A DNA stretch of 64,000 nucleotides from Patescibacteria group bacterium (GCA_040902515.1 JBBDXB010000006.1:404763-468762), one strand, 5' to 3'; shown: positions 1-9,769, counted from the stretch's first letter. Numbers and translations: made by a program. The notes: generated by a model from the sequence alone, not told the origin.

Positions 1-816
1 GTCCGTGGCTTCTTCCCGAAGCCGGGCGAGGATGCGCGGCGACTGCGGGTCGTCGTCCGCCGTACCGCCGATCAGGACGAGCTGGAGTTCGGGTACCTGC
101 TGCTTGGCGAGCCGCCAGGCCTCGAGTACGCCGAGCGGGTCCTTCCATTGGTCGAAGCGGGAGACCTGCACGACGAACGGCCGGTCGGGATCGAGCGGGC
201 ACTGCGAGATCAGTTTCCGGGCCTCCGCCTTGGCCATCGGCTGGTTCTTCTCGGCCAGCGGGTCGATCGCCGGCGGGATGATCGCGGAATGGTCCGGCGC
301 GAATCCGGGCAGGCGGAACTTCTCCAGGCTGAAGATGCCACCCGTGTAGGACCCCAGGTACCGGACGAACCGCTGCTGGGCCGCGGGAAGCGGCTTTGAG
401 CTGTCGAGGTGGCATCGCCAGATCCACTCGGTCGCGTCGGCGTCGGGGTGGAAGAAAGGAATGGCGGCCGGCTGGGGGTCGTGGACGATGATGGCGTCCC
501 AGGCGGCCGGATCAAGCTGCGTACCGAGCTGCTTGCTGACCGCCTCGTACCGCTGCCATTCGGCGTCGGTCAGGTCGACCTGCTCGCCCTGCAGGGCGTT
601 ATGGATCTTCTTGGTGATCTCGAAGAAGTCGGGATCCGGCTCGATCACCTGCCACTCGGCCCGGATGCCGAGATCCTGCATCAGCGGAACCTCCGATCGC
701 AGGATTTCCGCTACGCCGCCGCCGTTGGCGGTGGAGTTGATGTGGAGAATGCGTTTGCCCTTGAGCTGCTCGCCCAGCTCTCTTAATGACGCGGCCTGTC
801 CTTCGGGTTGAGCCAC
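1..816 (-). CDS. treT: TreT-like trehalose glycosyltransferring synthase (GT4 fold). N-terminal ~270 aa lie in the window; the 3' end runs past the window start.
   Basis: Reverse translation gives ...SLRELGEQLKGKRILHINSTANGGGVAEILRSEVPLMQDLGIRAEWQVIEPDPDFFEITKKIHNALQG...WIWRCHLDSS...VSRFDQWKDPLGV... This is collinear with archaeal/bacterial TreT as remembered (HVNSTSFGGGVAEIL, FHNALQG, WRCHID, VSRFDPWKG motifs). The frame is open from the window edge. There is no in-frame ATG upstream of the conserved region, so a GTG near 814-816 is the likely start and is uncertain. Confidence 0.6.
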   Translation of the reverse strand, partial: MAQPEGQAASLRELGEQLKGKRILHINSTANGGGVAEILRSEVPLMQDLGIRAEWQVIEPDPDFFEITKKIHNALQGEQVDLTDAEWQRYEAVSKQLGTQLDPAAWDAIIVHDPQPAAIPFFHPDADATEWIWRCHLDSSKPLPAAQQRFVRYLGSYTGGIFSLEKFRLPGFAPDHSAIIPPAIDPLAEKNQPMAKAEARKLISQCPLDPDRPFVVQVSRFDQWKDPLGVLEAWRLAKQQVPELQLVLIGGTADDDPQSPRILARLREEATD

Positions 817-881
817 GCTGGCGCCGGGTCGTGATTTTGTTTCGATACTTCGGATACGCAGGCCGTAGTTATGGTTTAATC

Positions 882-897
882 TTAGCAAAAATGCTAA
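882..897. promoter_or_regulatory. Perfect 6-4-6 palindrome TTAGCAAAAATGCTAA in an AT-rich divergent intergenic region. Candidate operator.
   Basis: Read directly from the sequence. It sits between the divergent treT-like gene and the glycoside-hydrolase gene. This island (817-924) is about the only AT-rich stretch in a 65% GC neighbourhood. GATAC is also repeated at 846-863. Confidence 0.35.
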
Positions 898-924
898 TCT
901 GTCCGGCTGTCTCGAAAGGGAACC

Positions 925-2334
925 ATGCGACACGAACGGGAACACTTTTACCCGAGTGCATTGCGGGATTTCCGGAGCGTACGCGCTCCGGAGGGGCTTG
1001 GCGTGTTCGCCAGCGGTGATCGGCACTTCGACAACGCGGTGTTCGGCAGGGACTCCATCGAAGTCGCTGAGGACCTCCTTGGGAAGGACCCCGATCTCGT
1101 CGAAACGGTGATCCTTACGCTCGCGCGCCTGCAGGGAACTGACGATCGTGCTGTCTCCGAGGAGGAACCAGGGAAGATCCACCATGAATTCCGGCCGGGT
1201 GAGGTGGCCGGCAAGCCGATTCCCCGACATTCCGCCGCCATCCTCGACTCCTTGCTTGAGCGGTGGTCGGATCAGGCAGGCCGCGCAAGAAAGGAATTGA
1301 CCTACTATGGCTCCGTTGATGCCACCCCGGGGTATCTCAGACTGATTGGCCGATTTTGCGACGAGCATGGAAATGCCATCCTTAGCCGCGTCGTCGAAAG
1401 CCGTGCAGGGGAACGGACAACCGTACGGGAGACCGTCGATCGGGCCGCGGAGTGGCTTACCAGGAATCTGGAAGCATCACGTAGCGGATTACTGGAATAC
1501 CGACGTCGCAACCCCCGAAGCCTCAAGCATTTTTACTGGAAGGACTCCGGGACCGGGCTGCTGCATGAGGATGGCGCGGAACCGGCGATCGAAAGGCCGG
1601 TCGGCGCGACCGCTGTCCAGGGACTGGCCGTGGATGCTCTCGACTCGGCGGCGCAGCTGGTAGGGAAGAGCGATTCGGCGCAGGCGGAACGCTGGAAGCG
1701 GCTCGGGGCGCACGTCGCACGCAAGACCCTTTCGTTGCTTTGGTTGCCGGAGCGCGGCTACTTCGCATCGGGCTTTGACCGTTGCTCCGACGGGCGGTTA
1801 CGGCTTGTTACGACCGAGTCTTCGGACCAGGGGCTGCTGCTTGATTCGGCCATCTTCCAATACGAATCGCCGTCGGAATATCAGGGTCACGTCTCGGCCA
1901 TCCTGCGGCGGCTCTGCTCAAGCGAATTCATGACGGATTACGGCGTCCGCTCGCGGGCACTCCGACACGCTACCTTGACCGACCACGCCGACTATCACGG
2001 CTCCTTCGCCGTGTGGCCGAAGGAGACTCACGATCTGGCGCGAGGGATGCGCCGCCAAGGGTTCTCGCGTCTGGCGGATGAGCTGGAGCGCCGGAACATC
2101 AGGGCGGTGAATGAGAGCGGGGCCAACCAGGAACTGCTCTACGTGGACGAACGCGGGCATCTTGTCGATTATCGTTCATTGCCAGGTGCCCGGAGACCGG
2201 AACGGCTTCAGGCGTGGACCGTTTCAGCGATTCTGGAGGCGAAGCGTCGCCGTGGGAGCAGAGGCCTTCCCATATTTTCGGGGGCGGACGGATGGAAGCG
2301 TGCGCTGGAAACCGAATTGCTCGAATCGATCTGA
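925..2334 (+). CDS. Glycoside hydrolase of the (alpha/alpha)6-barrel type (amylo-alpha-1,6-glucosidase / GH15-GH63-like). Possibly acts on trehalose or a glucoside.
   Basis: 469-aa ORF with ATG at 925 and a GA-rich RBS. The composition is protein-like and the antisense frames are low-complexity. Family assignment is from general resemblance only (GDE/GH63-like motifs). Adjacent to the treT-like gene. Confidence 0.5.
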   Translation: MRHEREHFYPSALRDFRSVRAPEGLGVFASGDRHFDNAVFGRDSIEVAEDLLGKDPDLVETVILTLARLQGTDDRAVSEEEPGKIHHEFRPGEVAGKPIPRHSAAILDSLLERWSDQAGRARKELTYYGSVDATPGYLRLIGRFCDEHGNAILSRVVESRAGERTTVRETVDRAAEWLTRNLEASRSGLLEYRRRNPRSLKHFYWKDSGTGLLHEDGAEPAIERPVGATAVQGLAVDALDSAAQLVGKSDSAQAERWKRLGAHVARKTLSLLWLPERGYFASGFDRCSDGRLRLVTTESSDQGLLLDSAIFQYESPSEYQGHVSAILRRLCSSEFMTDYGVRSRALRHATLTDHADYHGSFAVWPKETHDLARGMRRQGFSRLADELERRNIRAVNESGANQELLYVDERGHLVDYRSLPGARRPERLQAWTVSAILEAKRRRGSRGLPIFSGADGWKRALETELLESI

Positions 2335-2358
2335 CTGACCCCTGTATACTCAGTTCGA

Positions 2359-3486
2359 ATGAAGAAACAAAAGCTGAGAATCGCGATTCTGGATTCCGTC
2401 CGCAACCCGGTTCCTTCGAAAGGAGTGATCCAGGCCAGCTCACGGATCGCGCTGCGTATCGCCGACGGCATGGCGATGCGCGGGCATGACATCACTTTGT
2501 TCGGGGCGAAGGGCTCCCGGAGCAAGGCGAATGTACGGACCGGAGGAATCAGGCCTGCCTCACGGACCCCGCTTTTCCGGCTGATCAAACATGAGCCGCC
2601 CGGTGCGCAGGCACGTGAGCGCGAGCGGGCCATCAATCTCTACGAGGGGCTTGGTCTGGCGGAGCTTTACCGCGAGCATTCCCGGAGGCCCTTCGACGTG
2701 GTCCATCTGCATCGGGCTCACCACGCGCTTCCTCAAGCGGCCTTGTTTCCTTCGTTGCCGCATCTCTTCACGTTCCATGACGAGGCGACGCCGTTGCGAC
2801 GCTTCGCCTATAAGCATTATGCGATGCCCAACATCCACTTCGTTGCCCTGAGTAAGCGTCAACGCCAGCTGGGAAAGGACATACCCTGGGCCGGTATCGT
2901 GCCGAATGGCATAGACGTGAACCGCTATCGCTTTTCGGATCGGCCTGAAAGGAGGCTCGTATTCGCCGGACGATTGGTCGAGGAGAAAGGGGCCCACCTG
3001 GCGATCGCCGCGGCCAAACGTGTCCGGTGGCCATTGAGGATCATCGGTCCGAGGACATTCCAGACGCTCACCGATACCGGTTACTGGGAACGGCAGGTGG
3101 AACCGCTGCTGGATAGCAGGATTCGTTATGCCGGATTCTTGCCTCCCGCCAAGCTGGCCGAAGAGTATTCAAGGGCAGCTGCGGTCCTGATGCCGATCGA
3201 TTGGGAGGAGCCGTTCGGTTTGGTAAGCGTCGAGGCGATGGCCTGCGGCACGCCGGTCATCGGCTTTCGACGCGGGGCGCTGCCCGAGATCATCAAGGAT
3301 GGTACGACGGGATTCTTGGTCGATGACGTCGCGGGAATGGTGCAGGCGATCCGGCGCGTTCAGGAGATCGACCGGACGGCTTGCCGCCGGCATGTCGAGC
3401 GCCACTTCACGGCCGACATGATGGTCGGGCGGTACGAAGACCTTTACTTTGATTTGGCACGGGCGCGACGAAAGAGGCGCTCGTAA
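2359..3486 (+). CDS. Glycosyltransferase family 4 (GT-B fold).
   Basis: C-terminal EX7E-type motif: EEPFGLVSVEAMACGTPVIGFRRGALPEIIKDGTTGFLVDD. Confidence 0.8.
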   Translation: MKKQKLRIAILDSVRNPVPSKGVIQASSRIALRIADGMAMRGHDITLFGAKGSRSKANVRTGGIRPASRTPLFRLIKHEPPGAQARERERAINLYEGLGLAELYREHSRRPFDVVHLHRAHHALPQAALFPSLPHLFTFHDEATPLRRFAYKHYAMPNIHFVALSKRQRQLGKDIPWAGIVPNGIDVNRYRFSDRPERRLVFAGRLVEEKGAHLAIAAAKRVRWPLRIIGPRTFQTLTDTGYWERQVEPLLDSRIRYAGFLPPAKLAEEYSRAAAVLMPIDWEEPFGLVSVEAMACGTPVIGFRRGALPEIIKDGTTGFLVDDVAGMVQAIRRVQEIDRTACRRHVERHFTADMMVGRYEDLYFDLARARRKRRS

Positions 3487-4481
3487 TCGTCCACCATTCG
3501 TGTTTCGGAAAACCGCCTGACTGCCTCTGAGCGGATAGCTGTCCGATCCAGTTGGGCGGAACGGGAGAGATAGTTTCCCAATCCAGCCGGTGTCTTGGCG
3601 AGGAACCCGGTGGTTCCATGGGAAACCAACTCCGGCATCGCCCCTCGGGGGACCGTCAGTACGGGTGTGCCGCAGGCCATCGCCTCGGCCGCCACCAGTC
3701 CGAACGGCTCCTCCCACTTGATCGGATTAAGCAAGGCGATGGCATCACGGTAGAATGAGACTTTCTTACGACCGTCGATTTCCCCTACGAATTCGATTTT
3801 TGATGATAGAAACGGCTTGACCTGCTTTTCGAAGTATCCCCGGTTTTCTTCGGTGACGAGGCCGGCAATCTTCAGTCGGAGTCCGTGCCGGCGGGCAAGC
3901 CGGGCCGCTTCGGCGGTACCCTTCTTTTCTGAAACCCAGCCGATCCAGGCGTAATATCCGCCATCCCCCTTACCCAGGGAAAACCGCCGTGTGTCCACGC
4001 CGTTGTAGACGGTTCCCGCGAATCGTACGGACCCGAACTGTTCCCGCTGTGAACGGGAAATGCTGACGAAATGAGAGTACTTGGAAGCCGCGGCATACAC
4101 GGATTCTTTCGTGAGGGAACGGGATCCGTGGATCGTAGTCAGCATCGGTGCCCGAAGTACGGGGGCTAGCGCCATGGCGCCGTAGTAAAGATGGTTCGAC
4201 CAGACGTCAATGTCCCGGGTGGCCAGGATATCGAGCAATTGCTTCGTCGTGGCAAGCTCCCGCATGACAGGGCTCTCGTCTTTGAGTTGCCTGGGCCAGG
4301 AATGGACCAGCTTGGCCGTGGTCCTGGAATCACCCGAAGCGAAGAGGGTCACTTGGTGGCCGCGACTCGTCAGTCCTTCGGCAAGGGCAGATACGATCCG
4401 TTCCGTTCCCGCATGACCGCGCGGCGGGATTGTCCGGTCGAGCGGGGCAATCAGTCCGATTCGAAGGCGTCGGCCTTTCAC
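3444..4481 (-). CDS. Glycosyltransferase family 4.
   Basis: EEPFGLVAAEAMACGTPVLTVPRGAMPELVSHGTTGFLAK. The N-terminus has RIGLIAP...PPRGHAG. Its 3' end overlaps the preceding GT4 gene convergently by 43 nt. Confidence 0.8.
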   Translation of the reverse strand: MKGRRLRIGLIAPLDRTIPPRGHAGTERIVSALAEGLTSRGHQVTLFASGDSRTTAKLVHSWPRQLKDESPVMRELATTKQLLDILATRDIDVWSNHLYYGAMALAPVLRAPMLTTIHGSRSLTKESVYAAASKYSHFVSISRSQREQFGSVRFAGTVYNGVDTRRFSLGKGDGGYYAWIGWVSEKKGTAEAARLARRHGLRLKIAGLVTEENRGYFEKQVKPFLSSKIEFVGEIDGRKKVSFYRDAIALLNPIKWEEPFGLVAAEAMACGTPVLTVPRGAMPELVSHGTTGFLAKTPAGLGNYLSRSAQLDRTAIRSEAVRRFSETRMVDDYERLFRRARAKSK

Positions 4482-5821
4482 TTCGAAGGTACCCCGTAGG
4501 TTTTCTTGGCGATATCAAGCTCATGCTTCCCACGTTCACTATCCTTGGCACTGAGGTGCGGTGCCTGTTTGTGGGCGTGTCTCCGTCGGGTCTGGGATGC
4601 GGCGCCCTGGTAATGGTTGACGAAACTATCCGCGATCAATCGCCAATCGAAACGTTCCTCGACGAGGCGTCGGGCTTCTGTGGACATACGTGTCCGCAAC
4701 TGCCCATCGGCAAGCAGCTTGTTAACCGCGCGGGCTATGGCAGCCCCGCTTCTAGCCCGGACCAGGAATCCGTTCTGGCCGTGCTTTACTACCGACCCGA
4801 TCCCACCCCGCTTGCTGGCCACGACCGGCGTGCCGCTGGACATCGCCTCAAGGGTGATCAGCCCGAGCGGCTCATCCCATACGGAAGGAACCACCATGAC
4901 GTCCGCGCGCCGATAGAACTCCGCCAGGGCTTCTCCTTTGACGTATCCGGGAAAGTGGACATGGGGATTCCGAGATGCCTGCTGCATAAGCCGTTTCCGT
5001 TCGGGGCCGTCACCCAGAACGAATACTTCCGCTTGCATCTGCCTTGCCGCGCGGATGAGATAGGTAACACCCTTGGTCGGTATCAATTTTCCCGTGAAAA
5101 GGACGACTTTCTTCCCCCTCAATCCGTACTGTCGTTCGACCCGGTGTGCCGGTCCATGCGCCGGGAATGCACGTGAGTCCACCCCGCCGGTGATCGTCCG
5201 GACTTTCGAGGTAAAGTCCTTTCCATAAACCCTGAACATCCATTTCCTTGTCTGCCCCGATACCACGCTGATCATGTCGGCGTGGTTAAGGGCGTCAATG
5301 GTCGGGACGACGAATCTGCGATCGAGGGTCGCGTTATAGACGTCCGTGCCATGTACCGTGACGAGATAGTTGATCCGATAGACGGCCCGGCAATAGTTGG
5401 CAATCCATGCCGTGTGGGCCGCGTGGTGGGCGTGAATGACGTCCGGCTCGAACGTTTCCACGGCCCTGGTGAATCCCCGGAGAAACGCCTGGTACATCTC
5501 ATTGATCTGGTCGGCCCGTAGTTCCGAATAACGTTTTGCGTGGGGATGTTCGGGATGGCTGGTGAAAGCTGCCATGAAAGGAAGGTCGACGTGGAATATC
5601 CGTACGCCCGGTACCCGCCGCCGGTCGGGGCAGGCGATCGCGATCTCGTACCCCTTGCGTGCCAAGGATTGGGCTAACTCTCTTGCATACACGCCGCTAC
5701 CCGAGCCCCACAGGGGATACATCAGGAACATCAGGATACGTGGCTTGCGTATGCGTGCGCCCATCGCAGTCAGTGTACTTGAAACAGCCCCCACTCTGCC
5801 CGAACCTTGACTGTTAGACAC
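4478..5821 (-). CDS. Glycosyltransferase family 4 with an N-terminal extension.
   Basis: DEPLGLITLEAMSSGTPVVASKRGGIGSVVKHGQNGFLVRA. The stop overlaps the start of the downstream GT4 gene (ATGA-type junction). The exact start (first ATG versus internal ATGs) is uncertain. Confidence 0.75.
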   Translation of the reverse strand: MSNSQGSGRVGAVSSTLTAMGARIRKPRILMFLMYPLWGSGSGVYARELAQSLARKGYEIAIACPDRRRVPGVRIFHVDLPFMAAFTSHPEHPHAKRYSELRADQINEMYQAFLRGFTRAVETFEPDVIHAHHAAHTAWIANYCRAVYRINYLVTVHGTDVYNATLDRRFVVPTIDALNHADMISVVSGQTRKWMFRVYGKDFTSKVRTITGGVDSRAFPAHGPAHRVERQYGLRGKKVVLFTGKLIPTKGVTYLIRAARQMQAEVFVLGDGPERKRLMQQASRNPHVHFPGYVKGEALAEFYRRADVMVVPSVWDEPLGLITLEAMSSGTPVVASKRGGIGSVVKHGQNGFLVRARSGAAIARAVNKLLADGQLRTRMSTEARRLVEERFDWRLIADSFVNHYQGAASQTRRRHAHKQAPHLSAKDSERGKHELDIAKKTYGVPSK

Positions 5822-5844
5822 TTTTGTGTTATGGTTAAGCGATT

Positions 5845-6855
5845 TTGAAATCTATGAGCAAATATCCCTCAGAGCTGCGCCGCGATTTACTCAGCAACCG
5901 CTGGGTGATGATCGCCGCCGGCCGGGCCAACCGCCCGAACGACTGGAAGAAGCCGTTCGTGAAGAACGACCGGCTTGACCCGTTCCGTCCGGAGAACATC
6001 CGTCCCGAAGACGTCGTGGACAAGGTGGCGAACACGGACGGCACGAAGTACGCCGTGGAAAGCGATTGGAAGGCGCTGGCGATCATCAACCGGTACCCGC
6101 TGGTCGGCAGTACGGGCCGCCCCCGGCTCTCCGGTGAGGCCGTCGACGGGTACGGGTATCACGAGATCGTAATCCACTCGCCTGACTCAGACAAGGATTT
6201 CGGGGAATTCCCGGAAGGGCAGGCCCAGGCGGTGATCGAGCTGTATCTCAAGCGATACAACCACCTCGCCCATCGGCCTCACATCCAGCATGTGCAGATC
6301 TTCACCAACCGCGGTCCGGAGGCCGGAGGCTCGATCGAGCATCCGCACAGCCAAGTCGTGGCGTTGCCGGTCGTGCCGCCTTACGTGCAGGAGCTGGTGG
6401 ATAACGCCCGCCGCCGGCACGACGAGGAAAAGCGGCTCGCCAGTGAGGATGAACTCGAGAAAGAGACGCACGATGCCGCGCGGATCATCTACGAGAACTC
6501 CCACTTCCTGGTGTACTGCCCGTTCGCACCCCACGCGGACTACCACATCCGGATCATGCCGAAGCATCCGGGATCCCGTTTCTTCGAGATCACCCAGGAC
6601 CAGCTGGAGCATCTTGCCCGGGTGATGAACCTGGCGCATCGTCGTCTCGACCGGATCGCCGGGCTGCCGCCCTATAACTCATACATCCGGACGGCGCCGG
6701 CGCATTTGCCCGAAAAAGAACTGCGCGGATTCCGCTGGCACATAGACATCCTGCCGCATCTCGCGACGCCGGGCGGCCTGGAACTCGCCACGGGCATCGA
6801 CGTGGTAACCGTGTCACCGGAGAACGCGGCGCATGCCCTGAGACAGGATTCATGA
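5845..6855 (+). CDS. GalT-family (HIT-like) hexose-1-phosphate uridylyltransferase or ADP-glucose phosphorylase-type nucleotidyltransferase.
   Basis: The HxH active-site motif sits in FTNRGPEAGGSIEHPHSQVVALP (His-Pro-His as in GalT class I). Size is ~336 aa. Located in the sugar gene cluster. Confidence 0.7.
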   Translation: MKSMSKYPSELRRDLLSNRWVMIAAGRANRPNDWKKPFVKNDRLDPFRPENIRPEDVVDKVANTDGTKYAVESDWKALAIINRYPLVGSTGRPRLSGEAVDGYGYHEIVIHSPDSDKDFGEFPEGQAQAVIELYLKRYNHLAHRPHIQHVQIFTNRGPEAGGSIEHPHSQVVALPVVPPYVQELVDNARRRHDEEKRLASEDELEKETHDAARIIYENSHFLVYCPFAPHADYHIRIMPKHPGSRFFEITQDQLEHLARVMNLAHRRLDRIAGLPPYNSYIRTAPAHLPEKELRGFRWHIDILPHLATPGGLELATGIDVVTVSPENAAHALRQDS

Positions 6856-6856
6856 C

Positions 6857-7243
6857 ATGAGCGACGCCAAGGACAGGCCGGGAAAGAATGAGGTCACGCT
6901 CGGGCGGGACGGCATCATCCGCATGTATTACCGTGGCCGTCAGACGGCGGAAGGTATCAGGGCGCTCAGCGAGGAAGGTGACACGTTGGTGGAACAGCTG
7001 CAGGAGAAGGGGAGCCCGATCCTGATCATGGTCGACCTCGGCGATCTCGGCGCGTTCGGTGAATCGGAACTCGCGGCGTGGCGGCGACTGATGGCGACGC
7101 GGACCTATGATCGCATGGCGATCATCCGGCTGAACCCGGCGCTTCGGGTGGTCCTGCACTTCATGGTGAAGATGGCCAACCGCCAGGATCGCGTGGAGGC
7201 TTTCGAGGACGAAGCTTCCGCCCTGAAGTGGCTTAACGAATAG
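6857..7243 (+). CDS. Hypothetical 128-aa protein, possibly STAS-like. Translationally coupled to the GalT-like gene.
   Basis: The ATG lies 1 nt after the upstream stop (TGACATG). The composition is protein-like. There is only weak resemblance to anti-sigma-antagonist folds. Confidence 0.45.
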   Translation: MSDAKDRPGKNEVTLGRDGIIRMYYRGRQTAEGIRALSEEGDTLVEQLQEKGSPILIMVDLGDLGAFGESELAAWRRLMATRTYDRMAIIRLNPALRVVLHFMVKMANRQDRVEAFEDEASALKWLNE

Positions 7244-7733
7244 CGTCCGGGGTGTCCTGCCGCATGGCGTGGCATAGCGCGACGGCGATCGCGTCGGTGA
7301 TGTCGTCGGGGCGGGGCGGTTCCTTGAGACCGACCAGGCGGCAGACCATGTGCGCCACCTGTGCCTTATCCGCATTGCCGTAAGCGGTGAGTTGCTGCTT
7401 GATGGTACCCGGCCCGTACTCCGCCACCGGCAACCCGCCGGCCGCCACGGTCGCCATCAGCACGCCGCGCGCCTCGGAGACCCGCATGGCGGTGGTGGTA
7501 TTCCTGGAGAAGAAGAGTTCTTCGATCGCGACGCTGGCCGGACGGTGGGTCGCCAGGACGGCTCCGGCCTTCTCCGCGAGTTCGCGGAGTCGGTGCTCGG
7601 GTGTGTCGGCCGGACGGGTCTCGATCAGGCCGGCCTCGATCAGCCGGAACGTCCGGCGGGCACTTTCCACGACCGCGAATCCGGTCCGGGCCGTACCGGG
7701 ATCGAACCCCGCTACCCGCCGCGGTTCAGCCAC
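7233..7733 (-). CDS. ruvC: Crossover junction endodeoxyribonuclease RuvC.
   Basis: MAEPRRVAGFDPGTARTGFAVVE...IEELFFSRNTTTAMRVSEARGV...DDITDAIAVALCHA is typical of RuvC. It overlaps the yebC stop by 8 nt, as in yebC-ruvC operons. Confidence 0.85.
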   Translation of the reverse strand: MAEPRRVAGFDPGTARTGFAVVESARRTFRLIEAGLIETRPADTPEHRLRELAEKAGAVLATHRPASVAIEELFFSRNTTTAMRVSEARGVLMATVAAGGLPVAEYGPGTIKQQLTAYGNADKAQVAHMVCRLVGLKEPPRPDDITDAIAVALCHAMRQDTPDAIR

Positions 7734-8472
7734 CGACCAACTCCGGGTCGATATCGGCGTTGGTAAAGACGGCGGTCACGTCGTCGAGCGATTCCAGATC
7801 GGTCACCAGCGCCACGACCGCCTCGGCCGTCTTGCGCTCGACGACCGGCACCTCGCTGGTCGGTACCTTCGCGAGTTCCGCCGTGCTGATCGGGTATCCT
7901 GCCTTCACCAGGGCATCACGGACGCTCGCGAGTTGCTCGCGCTCCGTCTCGATCTCGAAAGAGGCGCCGTCGCCGGAGACCTCATCAGCACCGGCGTCCG
8001 CCGCGGCGAGCGTCAGCTCGTCCTCGCCGATCCCCTCCTTGGGAACGGTGATGATTCCCTTGGTCCCGAACAGGTAGCCCACGGAGCCCGCCTCGCCGAG
8101 CGAGCCGCCCCGCTTAGTGACCGCGGCACGGACATCCGAGACCGTCCGGTTCCGGTTATCGGTGAGGCAATCGACCAGGACGGCCACGCCGCCCGGTCCG
8201 TATGCCTCGTACGTCACGGATTCAGGGACCGCCTCGCCGGTCAGGTCGCCGGTACCGCGCTTGATCGAGCGCACGATGTTGGCGTTCGGCATGTTCGCGG
8301 CCCGCGCTTTGTCGATCGCCATACGGAGCGAGATGTTCATGTCGGGGTCGCCGCCGCCCTCCCGGGCCGCCACGCTGATCGCGTGCGCCAGCTTGGTGAA
8401 GGCCGCTCCGCGCTTGGCATCGGCAGCGCCCTTTTTCCGCTTAATGGTGCTCCATTTGCTGTGTCCAGACAT
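7726..8472 (-). CDS. yebC: YebC/PmpR-family transcriptional regulatory protein.
   Basis: MSGHSKWSTIKRKKGAADAKRGAAFTKLAHAISVAAREGGGDPDMN... The track ORF begins 40 codons upstream. The true start is taken as the ATG at 8470-8472 (MSGHSKW). Confidence 0.85.
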   Translation of the reverse strand: MSGHSKWSTIKRKKGAADAKRGAAFTKLAHAISVAAREGGGDPDMNISLRMAIDKARAANMPNANIVRSIKRGTGDLTGEAVPESVTYEAYGPGGVAVLVDCLTDNRNRTVSDVRAAVTKRGGSLGEAGSVGYLFGTKGIITVPKEGIGEDELTLAAADAGADEVSGDGASFEIETEREQLASVRDALVKAGYPISTAELAKVPTSEVPVVERKTAEAVVALVTDLESLDDVTAVFTNADIDPELVGG

Positions 8473-8572
8473 GTCCCGTCCATTGTACCGCAGCGGCCGC
8501 GGCCTGACGGTGGTTGACGCCGGACGGTAATTGTGGTATGGTTGTCTAATTTTTGAATAGACCCAACCCGAC

Positions 8573-9169
8573 ATGCATACCCACATCCTCAACCTGCTGC
8601 CCGACCAGGAAAAACAAAAGCGCCGCGTGGACGCGCTGAATTACTACACGCTGACGGCAGGTATCGTACTGGTGACCGGCGCCCTGGTGCTGGCCGGCAT
8701 CCTGCTCCTGTTCGACCAGGTGTACCGGACCAATCTGGCCAATCTCCAGCAGGAACGGTCCCAGGCGGAAAGCCAGTCGGCGGCGTACCTCGACATCGAG
8801 AAGGAAGCCAAGGACCTCGAGCTCCAGCTGGCCAACCTCCAGAAGGCGAACCAGGAGACGACCCGTTGGGCGTCCCTGATCGCGGCGCTCCGTTCGTTCA
8901 CGCCGCCGTCGGTCTCGATCAAGACGCTCGAATTCCAACCTGCCACGGACGCAGCCGCGGAGACGACCGTTCCCGATCGGCAGAACCGCAGCCGGATCTC
9001 CGGCAGCGCCGATAGCCGGCGGAGCCTGGGACAGTTCCAGCTGGCACTGTCCGAATCGCCGTTCCTGAAGAACGTGGAGATCGAGACCACTACGCTGAGC
9101 GAGAAGTTCGTCCAGTACTCGATCTCCATGGAAGTCGATTACCAGAAGCTGGAGGGACCGGCCACATGA
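8573..9169 (+). CDS. PilN-like type IV pilus assembly protein (second paralog, orphan).
   Basis: N-terminal INLLP-type motif (MHTHILNLLPDQEKQ), then one TM (LTAGIVLVTGALVLAGILLLF) and a coiled coil. This is the PilN architecture. No pilM or ATPase gene is adjacent. Confidence 0.6.
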   Translation: MHTHILNLLPDQEKQKRRVDALNYYTLTAGIVLVTGALVLAGILLLFDQVYRTNLANLQQERSQAESQSAAYLDIEKEAKDLELQLANLQKANQETTRWASLIAALRSFTPPSVSIKTLEFQPATDAAAETTVPDRQNRSRISGSADSRRSLGQFQLALSESPFLKNVEIETTTLSEKFVQYSISMEVDYQKLEGPAT

Positions 9170-9768
9170 GCCCGCACGTGAACGTCTCGCTCGGCTCGCT
9201 GAAACCGCCCCGCGGCCGCCTGTACTATTACCTGATCGCCGGCAATGCGGTGGTCCTGGCGCTGATCGGTTTCTTCGTGCTCCGTCCGGTATTCGGGGCA
9301 CTCAGTGCCCATGCCGACGAGATCGCACGGACCAAGGCCGATATCGCCACGTTGCAGCAAAAGACCGACGAGCTCCGCCAGCTCAAGGAAACGCTTCCGG
9401 CCGTCCAGGCCGCGTACGGCGGAGTAATCCAGAATGCCCCGAAGACGAAGGACATCGCCGGCTATCAGACCGAACTGGAGGAGCTGGCCGCGCTGACCAA
9501 GACCCGGCTGGTAACCGTGGATACCACCGGTGCCGGTCCGGACGGGCAGAGCCCGGCCACGCAGACGACCCAGACGGTCGCCGGATTTCCGACCTTCCCC
9601 GTGAAGATCGACGTGACCGGTGCGTATGCCTCGACGCTCGACTTCCTGAACCGGCTGGAGACGATGGATCGTTTCACGCGGGTGACAAGCGTCACGATCA
9701 ACCAGGCCGATGAAGCCGGCGGCGTGCAGCTGACCATCACCGCCCAATCCATTTACTTCGGTACCTGA
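9166..9768 (+). CDS. PilO-like membrane protein (second paralog).
   Basis: It overlaps the PilN-like stop (ATGA). There is one N-terminal TM, then a coiled coil (ADEIARTKADIATLQQKTDELRQLKE) and a C-terminal alpha/beta region. Position and architecture match PilO. Confidence 0.5.
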   Translation: MSPHVNVSLGSLKPPRGRLYYYLIAGNAVVLALIGFFVLRPVFGALSAHADEIARTKADIATLQQKTDELRQLKETLPAVQAAYGGVIQNAPKTKDIAGYQTELEELAALTKTRLVTVDTTGAGPDGQSPATQTTQTVAGFPTFPVKIDVTGAYASTLDFLNRLETMDRFTRVTSVTINQADEAGGVQLTITAQSIYFGT

Positions 9769-9769
9769 G

